From Octopus sinensis (lineage: Eukaryota): a DNA stretch of 64,000 nt. Positions 24,633-38,749 of the stretch are shown here, piece after piece (positions within the stretch are counted from its first letter, which is position 1; each line of letters begins with the position of its first letter). A program made the position numbers and the translations under genes. The stretch is from positions 145,576,001 through 145,640,000 of the forward strand of contig NC_042998.1 of the NCBI RefSeq assembly GCF_006345805.1, given 5' to 3'. The notes below the pieces were generated by a model. That model was not told where the DNA came from. It ran no database searches and saw only the letters and a list, made by a program, of their open reading frames with translations.

Positions 24633-26420
24633 AAAGAAAACAAAACTTCTAAATTCACCATTGTGACATCACTGGCAACACTAAATTTAAATACCAACAA
24701 AATGTAATACATAAAAGCAACTACAGTAGCCTGGAATGGAAATAGCTGGAATGGTTTAAAATTAAAGAGGAAAAAGAGCGAAATAATGAGTAGAAGATAG
24801 GCCTAGTTGTTAGAACGTCAGAAAGAAATGCTACGCAGTTTTTAGTTACGCTTCTTTATGTTCTGAGCTCAAATCCCTTCAGACACAACTTACATCTTAT
24901 ATATAAAGAAAATCGATAAAATAAAAGAATTAAGAATGTGGGTTGATTTAATCGACAGTATCACCACACTCTCACAATGTATTAGAAATCGATATATTTT
25001 TAATGAGAAAAAATAGCTGAATGGCAGAATATTTGAGCACCAGTCTAAATTCTTTATAGTATTTAGATGACGGGTGCCCCCAGGTGCAGAGTTCAAATCT
25101 TCCAAGTGCTGACTTTGCTTTGCAATGTTTTTGGATGGTAGAATAAGTATCAGTTAGGTACTAAGAACGACATAGTTCTCTACCAACCAACCAACCAGCC
25201 AACCAACAATTAACCGGTTATTATAATATAGAAATTATTGCTGATTATGAAGTGAACTTTACAGTGTCTAAATAACTAACTGTTCATTCTTAAAGTCCAA
25301 AATAAAGAAATGAAATAAACATTAGAAATATCAACAGAAAATGTCGGATACAAGCGTTGGGACAAATTGTAATCTTTAATTCGGGTGTTTTAGGCGCCAT
25401 CTTTATTCAGTATGAAAAATTTACCTCATACAAATAGCACGAATAGCAGTGGTAAATGTATTTTAATTTTGTTAAACATAACTCATTCATCAATTCTCAC
25501 GGGAGAACGACGAGAATAATTTCATCGAAGAAGATGCAGATACATTTTATTCTAATATGTATGGTAGTTATAACAGTACTGTTCTTTAGAAAGAAGAAAT
25601 TCTTAATTTATAGCTAAATGTAATGTTTATGAATCTTACTAAAATTTAGTTTTTCAAGTGTGTTATATGTCTCAAAATCATATTGAACATCTGTTTATGA
25701 AATGAAATAATTTCCACCATAATGTTCGGCTGGGTTTAACTTTAGTCGACTCGAGTCAAACATTATTTTTGTCATAATTGTTTGAACCGCTTGCAAGGTG
25801 TTTCTAGGGTTCTTACAGGCTTCTTCAAAAGATACTTATATGAAGCTTTATGCTGATTTTTCCTCACAGTTACTATAGTACCGCAGAAAATGCAATTGAA
25901 AAAGCATATTGAAGATAAGGTAAAAAGCTGACTATAGATTGCACTTGAAGCGAACTTTGGGAGCTTGGACACCCGGAGCCAAAAGGAGTAAAAAGAAAAT
26001 GGTATAGCATGAGATGGAAAAGTCGCTCTAAGAGAATATCAACATTGTTCCGTGTGGTTTTAGTGAGTCCTTAAAGTGGTCTTTGGCGATTAATATCAGG
26101 TATTTGACAGAAGCTGTGTCTCATCCTGCTTTTATTACGTCTGTGTATAGTCAAAAGCTTGAGTTTCACTGAGAACTGATTGATCCTTGTTGTGTGAAAA
26201 TCCTTCAATTCTTTCAGTGTTTGAGCTCTTTTAAGGTCAAGAGGCTTTCTTTAAGGGTTGGTGGAATTTGAACTCAGAACGTTTGACGAACGAAACGCTT
26301 AATCACTGCCCGGCATGCTAATGATTCTGCCGGCTGGCTACTTTAATAACAACAACAACAACAACAACAACAATAATACTAATACTAATAATAATAATAA
26401 TAATAATAATGATGATGATG

Positions 26421-26499
<79 letters not shown>

Positions 26500-26500
<1 letters not shown>

Positions 26501-26720
26501 AAATCTTTTCTACTATGGGCGGAAGGCCTGGATTTTTGTGGGGACTGGGACAATCGATCAAATCTACCCCAGTACATGACTGGCACTTAATTTATCGGAC
26601 CCCGAAAGGATAAAAGGCCAAGTCAACCTCGGCGGAATTTGAACTCAGAACATAAAGACGGACAAAATGCTACTTAGCATATTGCCCGGCGTGCTAACGA
26701 TTGTGCCAGCTCGCTACCTT
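26500..26720 (-). mobile_element. SINE family A in an (AAT)n field; a second head fragment lies at 26268-26343
   Basis: CCCCGAAAGGATAAAAGGCCAAGTCAACCTCGGCGGAATTTGAACTCAGAAC. Confidence 0.85.
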
Positions 26721-26757
26721 AATAACAACAACAACAACAACAACAATAATAATAATG

Positions 26758-26800
<43 letters not shown>

Positions 26801-27053
26801 TAATAATAATAATAATAAACCCAAAAACCCAAAAACTAATGAAAAAATATAATATGAAAACTGTACTTGATATTGATGCCACCATAGAAACCATCAAGCA
26901 AAAGGTATCTGCTAAAGCTGCCCGCATAGCGAGGTATGAAAAGCGTATTAGATTCTACAGGGACAACAACATGTTCAAAATAAACCCCAAACATTTTTAC
27001 AGGAAGATAGGAAAAACAACAGTTACTGTAAAGTCTGTACCATCAAAAGAGAA

Positions 27054-28112
27054 GTGCAGGGATTTTGGAATAAAATTTGGGCAGAAGAAAAAAACACAAG
27101 CGAAAAGGCCCCCTGGATTGATAGAATATCTAAAGAACTGGACTCCTTAGAAGAGCAAAAGTGGGAGGGTGTCAAGGTAGAAGATATAAGATCTGCTCTC
27201 AGGAGGTCAAGCAAATGGAAGTCTCCAGGAAAGGATAAAATCCCTAACTTTTGGTTGAATGCCTTCCCAGAGAGCCATGAACTGCTAGCAGAACTTTACA
27301 ATGATGTTTTGCAACACCCTAGTAGGATGCCTCCTTGGCTAGTTAATGGGTTAACATTCCTGCTTCCAAAAAGTGAAGAAACAAATGAACCCAAAAACTA
27401 TAGACCCATAACCTGCTTAACAACTATGTATAAAACACTAACATCTGTCCTGACGGAATATACCTATAGTTTTTTGACAGACAGCAGCATATTCCCTAAT
27501 GAACAGAAAGGATGTAAACGTGGATCCTACGGTTGTAAAGATCAACTACTCATCAATAAGATGATCTTAGAAGATTGTCACAAACGACACAAAAACTTAT
27601 CAATAGCCTGGATAGACTATAAAAAGGCTTTTGATAGCCTACCACATAGCTGGATTAATAAATGCCTAGAAATGTATAAGATAGCACCTGCTCTGCGAAA
27701 CTTTTTGTCTGTAAGTATGAGATCATGGAGAACCACACTAACTTTGAACAGTGACAATGAATCTCTAAATGCTGGTGATGTAAAAATTTCATGTGGCATT
27801 TTCCAGGGTGACTCACTATCACCGCTCCTCTTCTGTTTAGCCTTAATACCTCTCTCAAAACTGCTCAATGATGCGCAGTACGGATATAAAATGTTTGATA
27901 AAAATATAAATCATCTCATTTACATGGATGATTTAAAGCTCTTTGCAAAAAATGACCAACAACTCAAGGGCTTACTAGCGATTGTCAAACAATTCAGTGA
28001 TGACATCAGAATGCAATTTGGCCTCGATAAATGCGCAAAAGCTACCTTTATCACAGGAAAAATGACAAAAACATCTAACGTTAACCTTGACCAGCAGAAT
28101 GTCATAAAATAA
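27054..28112 (+). pseudogene. reverse transcriptase domain, 352-aa open segment
   Basis: ORF track; conserved RT motifs including YMDD. Confidence 0.95.
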
Positions 28113-28663
28113 TTAGACCCAGCAGAGAACTACAAGTATCTAGGGGTAATTGAAAGAGAAGGAATAAGGCATTCAGAGATGAAGGAAAGGATCAGGAGAG
28201 AATGCTATCGCAGAGTAAGAGCAATACTCAAGACAGAGCTGAATGCGAGAAACAGGATCGAAGCTATAAATGCATTAGCCATACCAGTCGTGACTTACAG
28301 TTTCAGTATCGTTAACTGGTCAATTACTGAAATATGTAATCTTGACAGAAAAATTCGAAAACTGTTGACAATGCATAGAATGCACCACCCTAAGGCAGAT
28401 ACAGAACGACTTTATCTGCCAAGAGGGAGGCCGTGGACTTTTACAACTGGCAATAACAATGAAGATTGCTACAATTGGCCTAGACACCTACCTGAAAAAC
28501 TCTGAGGACTGGATGTTAAAACTTGTCTCAAAACATGAAAACAAGAAAGCATCATACTCAGTAACAAAACAGGCAAAGGAATATCTAATATGAATTCCGA
28601 ATACAACAAATTTCGGAATTAGAGATAGACATACAAGAAACAGGCACAGAAAAAGCTAAGCGC

Positions 28664-29476
28664 ATGAAAACCCGTGCTAAATCTGCGGCCTTAGATATTC
28701 TGAATGATAAATGGCAAGAACAACCTCTCTATGGCAAATACCCAAAGAGAGCAAATAATGCAGATGTTGACAAAGCCCTGACCCATCAATGGCTAATGGC
28801 CTCTGGCTTAAAATCTGAAACAGAGGGGTTTATCTTAGCAGCTCAAGATCAATGCCTACCAACAAGAAACTACCAGGCCAACATATTAAAGATCAGAAGC
28901 AGTCCAACGTGTCGTGTATGCAAGCAACAAAATGAAACCATTGACCATGTGGTCTCCAAGTGCAGTCTTCTAGCGCCTACAGAATATCTCAACAGGCACG
29001 ATAGAGCTGCACAATATATTCACTGGGTAATCTGTAAAAACCTGGATTTGCCCCATGAAAAAAACTGGTGGGAACACAAACCACCCCCAGTGCTTGAAAA
29101 TGACCACATCTCACTCCTCTGGAACTTCGCCATTCAAACTGACAGAAAGATAGATGCAAATAGGCCAGACATCATATTGAAAGACTTCAAACAAAGAACA
29201 TGCCTCCTTATTGATATGACTGTCCCAATCGATATAAACGTATCTGTCAAGACCTACCAAAAACTGAGCAAATATAAAGATCTTGAAATAGAAATCAGCA
29301 AAATGTGGAAGCTGAAGACTAAAACAATACCTGTTGTCATAGGTGCCCTGGGAATGATAGCAAAAGGGGCAGATAGCTACCTAACTCAGATACCAGGAAA
29401 CCCAAAAATGGCAGAAATTCAAAAGATAGTGCTCATGGGAACTGCTCATATCCTACGCAAAATACTTTCTATGTAA
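28664..29476 (+). pseudogene. CCHC zinc finger + restriction-like endonuclease C-terminus, 270-aa open segment
   Basis: ETEGFILAAQDQ, CRVC, RHDRAAQYIHW, RPDII, KYKDL. Confidence 0.95.
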
Positions 29477-29714
29477 TCTCAAGGTTTAAAACAAACATAA
29501 TTTTCGGTTTAATAAAAAAAAAAAAAATTTTTTTTTTTAGACATTCATTAGTACAACACCCCACCCCCAAAATATATGGCACACTAGGCATAACAACAAC
29601 ATGAACTTCCAACCCTGTTGTCTCTTGAGGTCTCTGGGTGAGACTTGGAGCCAACTTGTACAAATATAAAGCAAAAGTCAAACATAGAATAATAATAATA
29701 ATAATAATAATAAC

Positions 29715-30195
29715 GGATATTATTATAAAAGATCAGACAAAAAGGATGTGTTTATTAATTGACATGAGTATTCCCTGTGATCACAATATAGCGGCGAAAG
29801 AATTTGACAATATTAATAAATATAAAGACCTGCTAATAGAAATTGAAAAAATGTGGCATCTCAATGCGACTTCAGTACCAGTGATTGTAGGATCTCTAGG
29901 AATGATAAAAAGAAGGTACTGAAACCTATTTGAAAATGATTCCAGGCTTACCATCCCTACAGGAAGTGCAAAAAATCGTATTAACTGGAACGGCTCATGT
30001 ACTGAGAAGAGCATTATCGTTGTGAAAATAACATTCATCCATGAATTTATTTATTTATTAATTTTTAAATACATATTTTATATGTGAATTTGCGCATGTA
30101 ATCTGGGAATGCATACAATGCCCTTCTCTGCCCTAGGTGTATGGAAAACACTCGGCGAGAAACGGAAGAAAATTTGAAGAAAGAAGGAAAAGACA
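29715..30195 (+). mobile_element. R4/Dong-type LINE 3' fragment (family of 35145-37790)
   Basis: KDQTKRMCLLIDMSIPCDHNIAAKEFDNINKYKDLL; 3' UTR GCCCTAGGTGT…ACACTCGGC; (AAT)n flanks. Confidence 0.9.
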
Positions 30196-30203
30196 TAATA
30201 ATA

Positions 30204-30247
<44 letters not shown>

Positions 30248-30309
30248 GTCCCCTTGAACAAGAATCGAACAACTCTTGTTTTAGGAGATTATTATTATTA
30301 TTATCATTA

Positions 30310-31604
30310 TTATTATTATTATATCCATCCAAGGCGACTCTTGTTCACCTCTGTTATTTGTGATAGCCTTGCTGCATATTTCAAGCGCCTCAAACTCCTC
30401 TTGAAATCAAAGCTCAACTCAAAGAACCCTGTGGCTGCCATGAACATATGGACTGTTGTTGTAGTCTGCTATATTGCACCCATTTTGAGATGGACACAAG
30501 CAGAGATTGACCGACTCAATAGCACTACTCGAATGACAATGACAATGCATGGTGCCCTCCACCCTAAGGCAAATGTACACAAGCTCAACATGAAGAGAGG
30601 TAAGGGTGGGCTGATTAGTGTACGGGAGTGCATGAACAGTGAAAGAAGAAACATGGCAGAATATTTGGTAAACAGCAAAGAAGACAGACTACAGTATGCT
30701 GCTAGTGCAGAAGGAGTTAACAAAAATGGAATTGCGAGTGCTCATGAATTCTGAACAAGAACAGCCAACGAGAAAGAAGAGACCCTATACCGTATGGTCA
30801 ATTCCACCGTAAAACCAATAAATTAAAAGACCAGGAGCATCATGAAGGTGGCTCCAGAAGGGTGACCTAAAAAAGAATGCTGAAAGCCTAATCATCGCGC
30901 CCAGGACCAGGCATTGAATACCAACTCAGAGTAAAAGAATATATACCACACAAGTGCATCGGACCTCTGTAGAATCGGTAGCTAGAGGGTCGAAAGTGTG
31001 ATTCATATTGTTAGTGCCTGTGAAAGTCTTGCGCGGAAACAGTAGTCCAAAATCTCCACTGGCTACTATGCCATAAGTATAGATACAATGTTACGGGTGC
31101 TTGGTACCAACACACAGGAAAAGGTAATGGACAAAAAGGGGAAGGCAAAAATTCTCTGGGACTTTGATTTCCAGACAGACAAAGTGTTAGAGCACCGAGG
31201 CCTGATATAGTAACCTTTAGGAGGGACAAACAAGAGTGCCTAATAATCAACGTAGCAGCGCCAGAAGATCAACACTTCATCATAAAAGAAAGAAAAAAAT
31301 TCATAAATATGGAGACCTGAACATTGAGATCGTTAAGATGTGGCAGCTACGAGAGTCGAACATAAAGGTTATCCCTATTGTCATCGGAGCATTGGGTTCA
31401 ATACCACTCAATCTGAAAAAAATATCTGAAAGCCTTAGAGATATCCTGCAATCTAGATGTATTGCAAAAGTTGGCATTACTTGGAACTGCACGCATATTG
31501 TGCAAAGTACTGTCTGTCTGAGCTCTTAGTTGTGACATGACAAACAGTACAAATCCCCGGTATATACAATATCTTCAATCAACCTCACGATATTGTGCGA
31601 TGTC

Positions 31605-31606
<2 letters not shown>
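30310..31606 (+). mobile_element. decayed R4/Dong-type LINE (third family), copy 1 of a tandem pair
   Basis: RLKLLLKSKLNSKNPVAAMNIW…LHPKANVHKL…RGKGGLI and KYGDLNIEIVKMWQL…IPIVIGALG. Confidence 0.85.
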
Positions 31607-31696
<90 letters not shown>

Positions 31697-31759
31697 GTCC
31701 CCTTGAACAAGAATCGAACAACTCTTGTTTTAGGAGATTATTATTATTATTATCATTAT

Positions 31760-33160
<1,401 letters not shown>

Positions 33161-33769
33161 GTAATAATAATCAACACATATATACACGTGTGTGTATATG
33201 TGAGAGGGGGATGTACACACGTCGCTTTGTCGAACGAATGAGAAATGAGTCTTCAATAAATGTTGAAGCTGTGGTAGTTATTTTTTCCTTTTGAAACTGA
33301 AACAGATTTTTTAGCGACTCGAGTATCAGTTTCAATGCAAAACTCACTCTCTCCCTCTTTCTCTCTCTCTCTCCCTCTCTTTCTCTGTTTATTAAAATGC
33401 AAAGTAATTTCCTTAAAACATTCACATCTTAATTGGATACGGATAAAAAAATGGATATATATATATATATATATATTTCTATGTTTGTAAATATTTGTAC
33501 TTAATTTTCCTTTGTACTTTCTATTTTGGAATCTCTGAGAAATTGAGCCAATCCTCATTTCCACGTTGTAGAAATATTTCTCTGCTAGTTCGGGCTGTGT
33601 TTGATGTAAATCCTCGGAAAACTGTTCAAGTATAATCCCTCACAAGCATTTTCAAGCATGAATGTTAACATAGATAAATAAAATTTACAATCTAAAAGTG
33701 AGTTTAGAAGCAGAAACCTTAAACTTTCTCAATAAGTAGAATGTTTTCAGAGCCTTAGGATCGTTGAAA

Positions 33770-33807
<38 letters not shown>

Positions 33808-33819
<12 letters not shown>

Positions 33820-34215
33820 TCTTTTACCTGTTTCAGTCATTTGACTGCGGCCATGCTGGAGCACCACCTTTAGTCGAGCAACTCGACCCCGGGACTTATT
33901 CTTTGTAAGCCCAGTACTTATTCTATCGGTCTCTTTTGCCGAACCGCTAAGTGACGGGGTCGTAAACACACCAGCATCGGTCAAGCAATGCTAGGGGTAC
34001 AAACACAGACACACAAACACATACATACATATACATATATATACATATATACGACAGGCTTCTTTCAGTTTCCGTCTACCAAATCCACACACAAGGCATT
34101 GGTCGGCCCAGGGCTATAGCAGAAGACACTTGCCCAAGATGCCACGCAGTGGGAATGAACCCGGAGCCATGTGATTGGTTAGCAAGGTACTTACCACACA
34201 GCCACTCCTGCACCT
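33808..34215 (-). mobile_element. SINE family B, full length, young
   Basis: Near-identical to 10367-10768; (TA)n on both sides. Confidence 0.9.
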
Positions 34216-34255
34216 ATATATATATATATATATAATATATATATATATATTATAT

Positions 34256-34316
<61 letters not shown>

Positions 34317-34317
34317 A

Positions 34318-34348
<31 letters not shown>

Positions 34349-34469
34349 CAATTAAATTTAACTGACGAGGATTTTAAAATTAAGTCAGTTATAATGCTTT
34401 CAAACTTTGAGAAAAGGATAGCGATTTTAGATGACGGGCAATGTCATTTTCATTGATTTCTGTTCTCAA

Positions 34470-34610
34470 GTGGGATATTATTTTATCAATCACGCAAAAG
34501 ATGAAAGGCAAAGTGCCCTCTGTGGATTTTGAACTCAAAATGTAAAGCTGGAAGTAATGTTGGTAAGCAGTTTGTTCGGAGTGTTAACAACTCTTCCAGC
34601 TCGCCTTTTA
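34470..34610 (-). mobile_element. SINE family A, diverged
   Basis: GATGAAAGGCAAAGTG…GATTTTGAACTCAAAATG…CCAGCTCGCC. Confidence 0.65.
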
Positions 34611-35144
34611 TGTTAACTATTAAATCAAATAACTATGTCGTGAAGAAGAAATTCAATCTAGTGTGAAGTAAAAAAAAACCTTGTTTGAAGATATTTATTA
34701 ATTTGTAATTATGATACGTAAAAAAAAATCTATAGAATGCTGATTATTTTGTTTATTAAAATAACCCCCTATTAACATATAATTATTCAAGAAATATCTT
34801 TTGTTCTTTCATTCTGTAATTTGGAAATCTAAGCTTTTTTTCTTGTATAGAATGCATTTGGATTTTACTAATTATATATGGTTAATTTACGATTAATGGA
34901 TACATGTATTTAATTAATATATACTCTATATATATATACAAGTATATATAGAGAGAGACAGACAGAGATACATACATATATGTTTGCTTTTATGTATGTA
35001 TATATGTTTTTGTATTTGGTTTGCAAATGCTTGATATGAACTCGCATGCTCACACATATTTTATTACCTCTCGAAAGGGTCATTATGCCAATAATAAACA
35101 CATGCATTGGTTTTGATTATTGTTATTATTATTATTATTACTTT

Positions 35145-37787
35145 TTTTTTTCTTCTTTCAAATTTTCTTCCATTTCTTGCCGAGTGTCTTCCCGACTCCT
35201 AGGGCAAAGAAACTCATAGTGTATATTGGTAGGCCATTAAACCAAACTCAGTAGTTCGTTCATTTTTTTAATTTTTTTTTAAAGTTAAATTAAAATACAT
35301 GAGCAGCAACAGTTCTCACATCGACAATGCTCTTCTCAATACGTGTGATGTACCAGTTAAGACAATCTTTTGCACTTCTTGCAGGGATGGTAAGCCAGGG
35401 ATCATTCTCATATAATTTTCGGTTCCCTTCTTGATCATTCCTAGTGCTCCTACGATCACTGGTATTGTAACCGCCTTGAGATGCCACATTTTCTCAATTT
35501 CAATAAGTAGGTCTTTATATTTTATGAGCTTGTCAAACTCTTTCGCTGAGATATTATGATCACAGGGGATTCTCATGTCGATCAATAAGCAAACTTTATT
35601 GTTTTGGTCTTTCACAACAATATCTGGTTTATTGGCCTTGATGGTTCGGTCTGTATGTACTGGAAAGTCCCACAGAATGGTTACATTTTCTCCTTCAGTT
35701 ACAGCCTCAGGGTGGTGATTATACCACTTGTCGGCAGTTTTGATATTGTAATGCCGACTTATTACCAGTGAAGATATTGGCCAACTCTGTCATGTCTTAA
35801 TTTATACTCCACTGGTGCTAAGACTTTACATCCAGAGATTAGGTGGTCCACTGTTTCAATCATGTCGTTGCAGAATCGGCATTTTGGGTCTGCTCCATTT
35901 TTCATCACATTGGCCTGGTAGTTCCGGGTTGATAGGCTTTGGTCTTGAGCAGCCAGGATGAAACCTTCACTCTCTGCTTTTAGCCCTGAGCTCCGCAGCC
36001 ACTGATGGGTTTGCTTCTGGTCAACATCAGCTTGTTTGCTGCGGGTCACATATTTGCCGTGCAGAGGTTTCTCCTCCCCCCTATCAGCCAATTGCTCGTG
36101 CGCTTTTTTCATTGCCATCATTTTCACCTTCTTTGCAACAATAGTTGCCGTACTTCCCTCGGGTTGTTCAGTTTGGGTATCCTGCACGAGATCAATAGCA
36201 AATTTTTTGCTTTCCTTCATGATAGAATGAAGCTTCTTTCGTCTCTCGTGATTTTCCACGAGCTTTAGCATCCAGTCATTCGATATTTCGAGATATTTGG
36301 CCAGTCCAATTGTGGTTGTTTTGTAAGCTAGTTCAAATTGGATCAGGCCTCGACCTCCTTGGGCTCTGGGAAGGTAAAGGCGATCTACGTCTGCCTTTGG
36401 GTGGTGCATCCTATTACAACTCAGCAGCTTGCGTATTTTTCTATCTATATTCTTTACTTCACTCATATTCCAGTTCAACACATTGTAGCTATAAGTAACA
36501 ACTAGAACTGCTAGGGAATTTATAGCTAACAGCTTGTTACGTGCATTTAGTTCAGATTTCAGGACTGCACGAACTCTCCTATAACATTCCTTCCTGATTT
36601 TCTCTTTCATGCTTGCATGCTGAATACCAGAGCCTTCATTTATCCCTAAATATTTGTATGTTTGTTCTTGCTCAAGCTCTCTTATGACTGTGTCAACATT
36701 TAACACGACTGAATTTGTGGTCTTCACTTTCCCTTTCTGGAAAGTGGCCTTGGCACACTTCTCAAGTCCAAACTCCATCCCGATGTCATCGCTGAATGAT
36801 TTCACGGTGCGCAATAGGCCTTCAAGTTCATTATTGTCTTTACCATAAAGTTTTAAGTCATCCATATAAAATAGGTGGCTTATTTTTTTATTGGCAATTT
36901 TATACCCATACCCTGTTCTGTTTAATTCACTTGTAAGGGGTATTAGGGCTATGCAGAATATTAAAGGTGAAAGTGAGTCACCTTGAAAAATTCCACAGTT
37001 GATGTTTATATTTTCTGAGGCAAGTACTCCATTAGAGTGGTATAATTGGAGATTCGTATTCCACAACGACATATTGTGCTTCAGGAAGTTTGAAATCACA
37101 GGAGAAATTTTGAAGATGTCCAGCGATCTCAAGATCCATGGATGCGGTATACTGTCGAAGGCCTTTTTATAGTCAATCCATGCGGTGCTGAGATTTCTGC
37201 GCTTGTTGTGACAGTTCTCAAGGATCATACGATTGATTAGCAGTTGATCTTTGCATCCGTAAGAGCCTCGGCGGCACCCTTTTTGTTCAATGGGGAAAAT
37301 ATCGTTCTTCTCCATGAATGCATATGTTTTCTCCGCCAGGATAGATGTTAGGATTTTATACGTGGTGGATAGACAGGTTATAGGCCGATAGTTTTTTGGA
37401 AGGTTGGTTTCGTTATTCTTTGGGAGTAGGTAAGTAATGTCACTTGCTAACCATTCAGGTGTTTTCTTTGGGTCTCTCATAATTCCATTGAGCAGCTGAA
37501 CTAGCTTACCGTGTGCGCACGGGAGCGATGCGAGCCAGAAATTCGGCACCCTATCTTTACCGGGGGATTTCCAATTATGGGCCTTCGTGAGTGCCTTTCT
37601 TAGGTCTGCTATTGTGATGTCTTCCCATGCTTGTTGTTGTAAATTTTGGTAGGTTCCTTCAGTTTGTATAATCCAGTCTGCATTTATGTTGTACGTCTTC
37701 TTGTCACTCCAAATCCTTTACCAAAAGTTTTGAACTTCTTCCATGGGAGGGCCTTTTCCAAAAGTTTTGAACTTCTTTCATGGGAGG

Positions 37788-37790
<3 letters not shown>
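35145..37790 (-). mobile_element. R4/Dong-clade LINE, 5'-truncated, apparently a single frameshift
   Basis: 595-aa ORF (RT with YMDD, then CRFC…H…C); a 1-bp deletion at ~35763 (CACTGG[G]TAATA) shifts into …ILWDFPVHTDRTIKANKPDIVVKD…KYKDL; (ATT)n on both flanks. Confidence 0.95.
35762..37549 (-). pseudogene. RT + CCHC segment, 595 aa
   Basis: ORF track: NYRPITCL, WIDYKKAFDS, GIFQGDSLSP, FYMDDLKLY, AESEGFILAAQDQ. Confidence 0.95.
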
Positions 37791-37858
<68 letters not shown>

Positions 37859-38584
37859 GATTATTATTATTATTATTGTTATTATTATTACTATTAATAT
37901 TATTATTATTTTCCTTGTTGATATTAGTTAACCATTTAACGAATTAACTGATCGATTATTTGATAAGTCGATCGATCAATCGATTAGTTTGATACATCGG
38001 ATGATTAATCAAACAATCGATTAGTTAATTGATTAAATGCTTTACGAATAGATGTGTGTGTATTATTGGCATAATGACCCTCCCAACTCAAAAACAATTT
38101 ATGCATCATGTCTCTCGTGAACATTAATATGTTTAAAATGCCATTGATGTTTATGTGTATAGTTTTCATTGAGTTTCATTCATGCGTACATGTTTACTAC
38201 GTGTGTGTAGGAAAGAGCGAAACATGAGAGATTGTTTATAAGATATTTAGATACACCATTTTACGTTCGTTTCGCTAAAATAAGGAGCTTATTAAGTAAG
38301 TAGTGCAAGATACTTAATCAACACTTATTGTCCAAACATCAGAGACGCAACATTGCTGGATTATGAAAATATTGCAACAGCCAAATTGCGTGGAAATGAT
38401 GGGTGCATACCATCATATGGGTGAGATTATTAAAAAAATATTCAAAGATGTTGAAAGGCTACAATTCGTCTTAAAATCCAGGTGCATTTTCATCTCCCAA
38501 ACCTAGTCTCTATACACACACACACGCACATACATATGCATATAAACATAAACACGTGAATGAAAGCTTATATATATATATAAC

Positions 38585-38670
38585 AGTGAAAGAGGGAGAA
38601 GAAATAAACTTCTTCATCCACATTCAAACACGCTTTCTAATCTGTCGCTGCGCCGATAACGCAAATTATG

Positions 38671-38749
<79 letters not shown>

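Larger units (their letters stand above)
26820..29690 (+). mobile_element. R4/Dong-clade non-LTR retrotransposon (RT-CCHC-RLE), 5'-truncated, about 4 lesions
   Basis: RT motifs NYRPITCL, WIDYKKAFDS, GIFQGDSLSP, YMDD; CRVC…H…C zinc finger; RPDII..D…IDMTVP..KLSKY (PD-D/ExK). (AAT)n on both flanks; frameshift ~27050, TAA at 28110, further lesions ~28425 and ~28590. Confidence 0.95.

Noticed and set aside
25410-26000. Possible gene or Polinton fragments (MKNLPHTNSTNSSG; ENDENNFIEEDADTFY; KHYFCHNCLNRL)
   Set aside because: Short peptides with no consistent splice sites or frame and no recognisable domain; would need tBLASTn.
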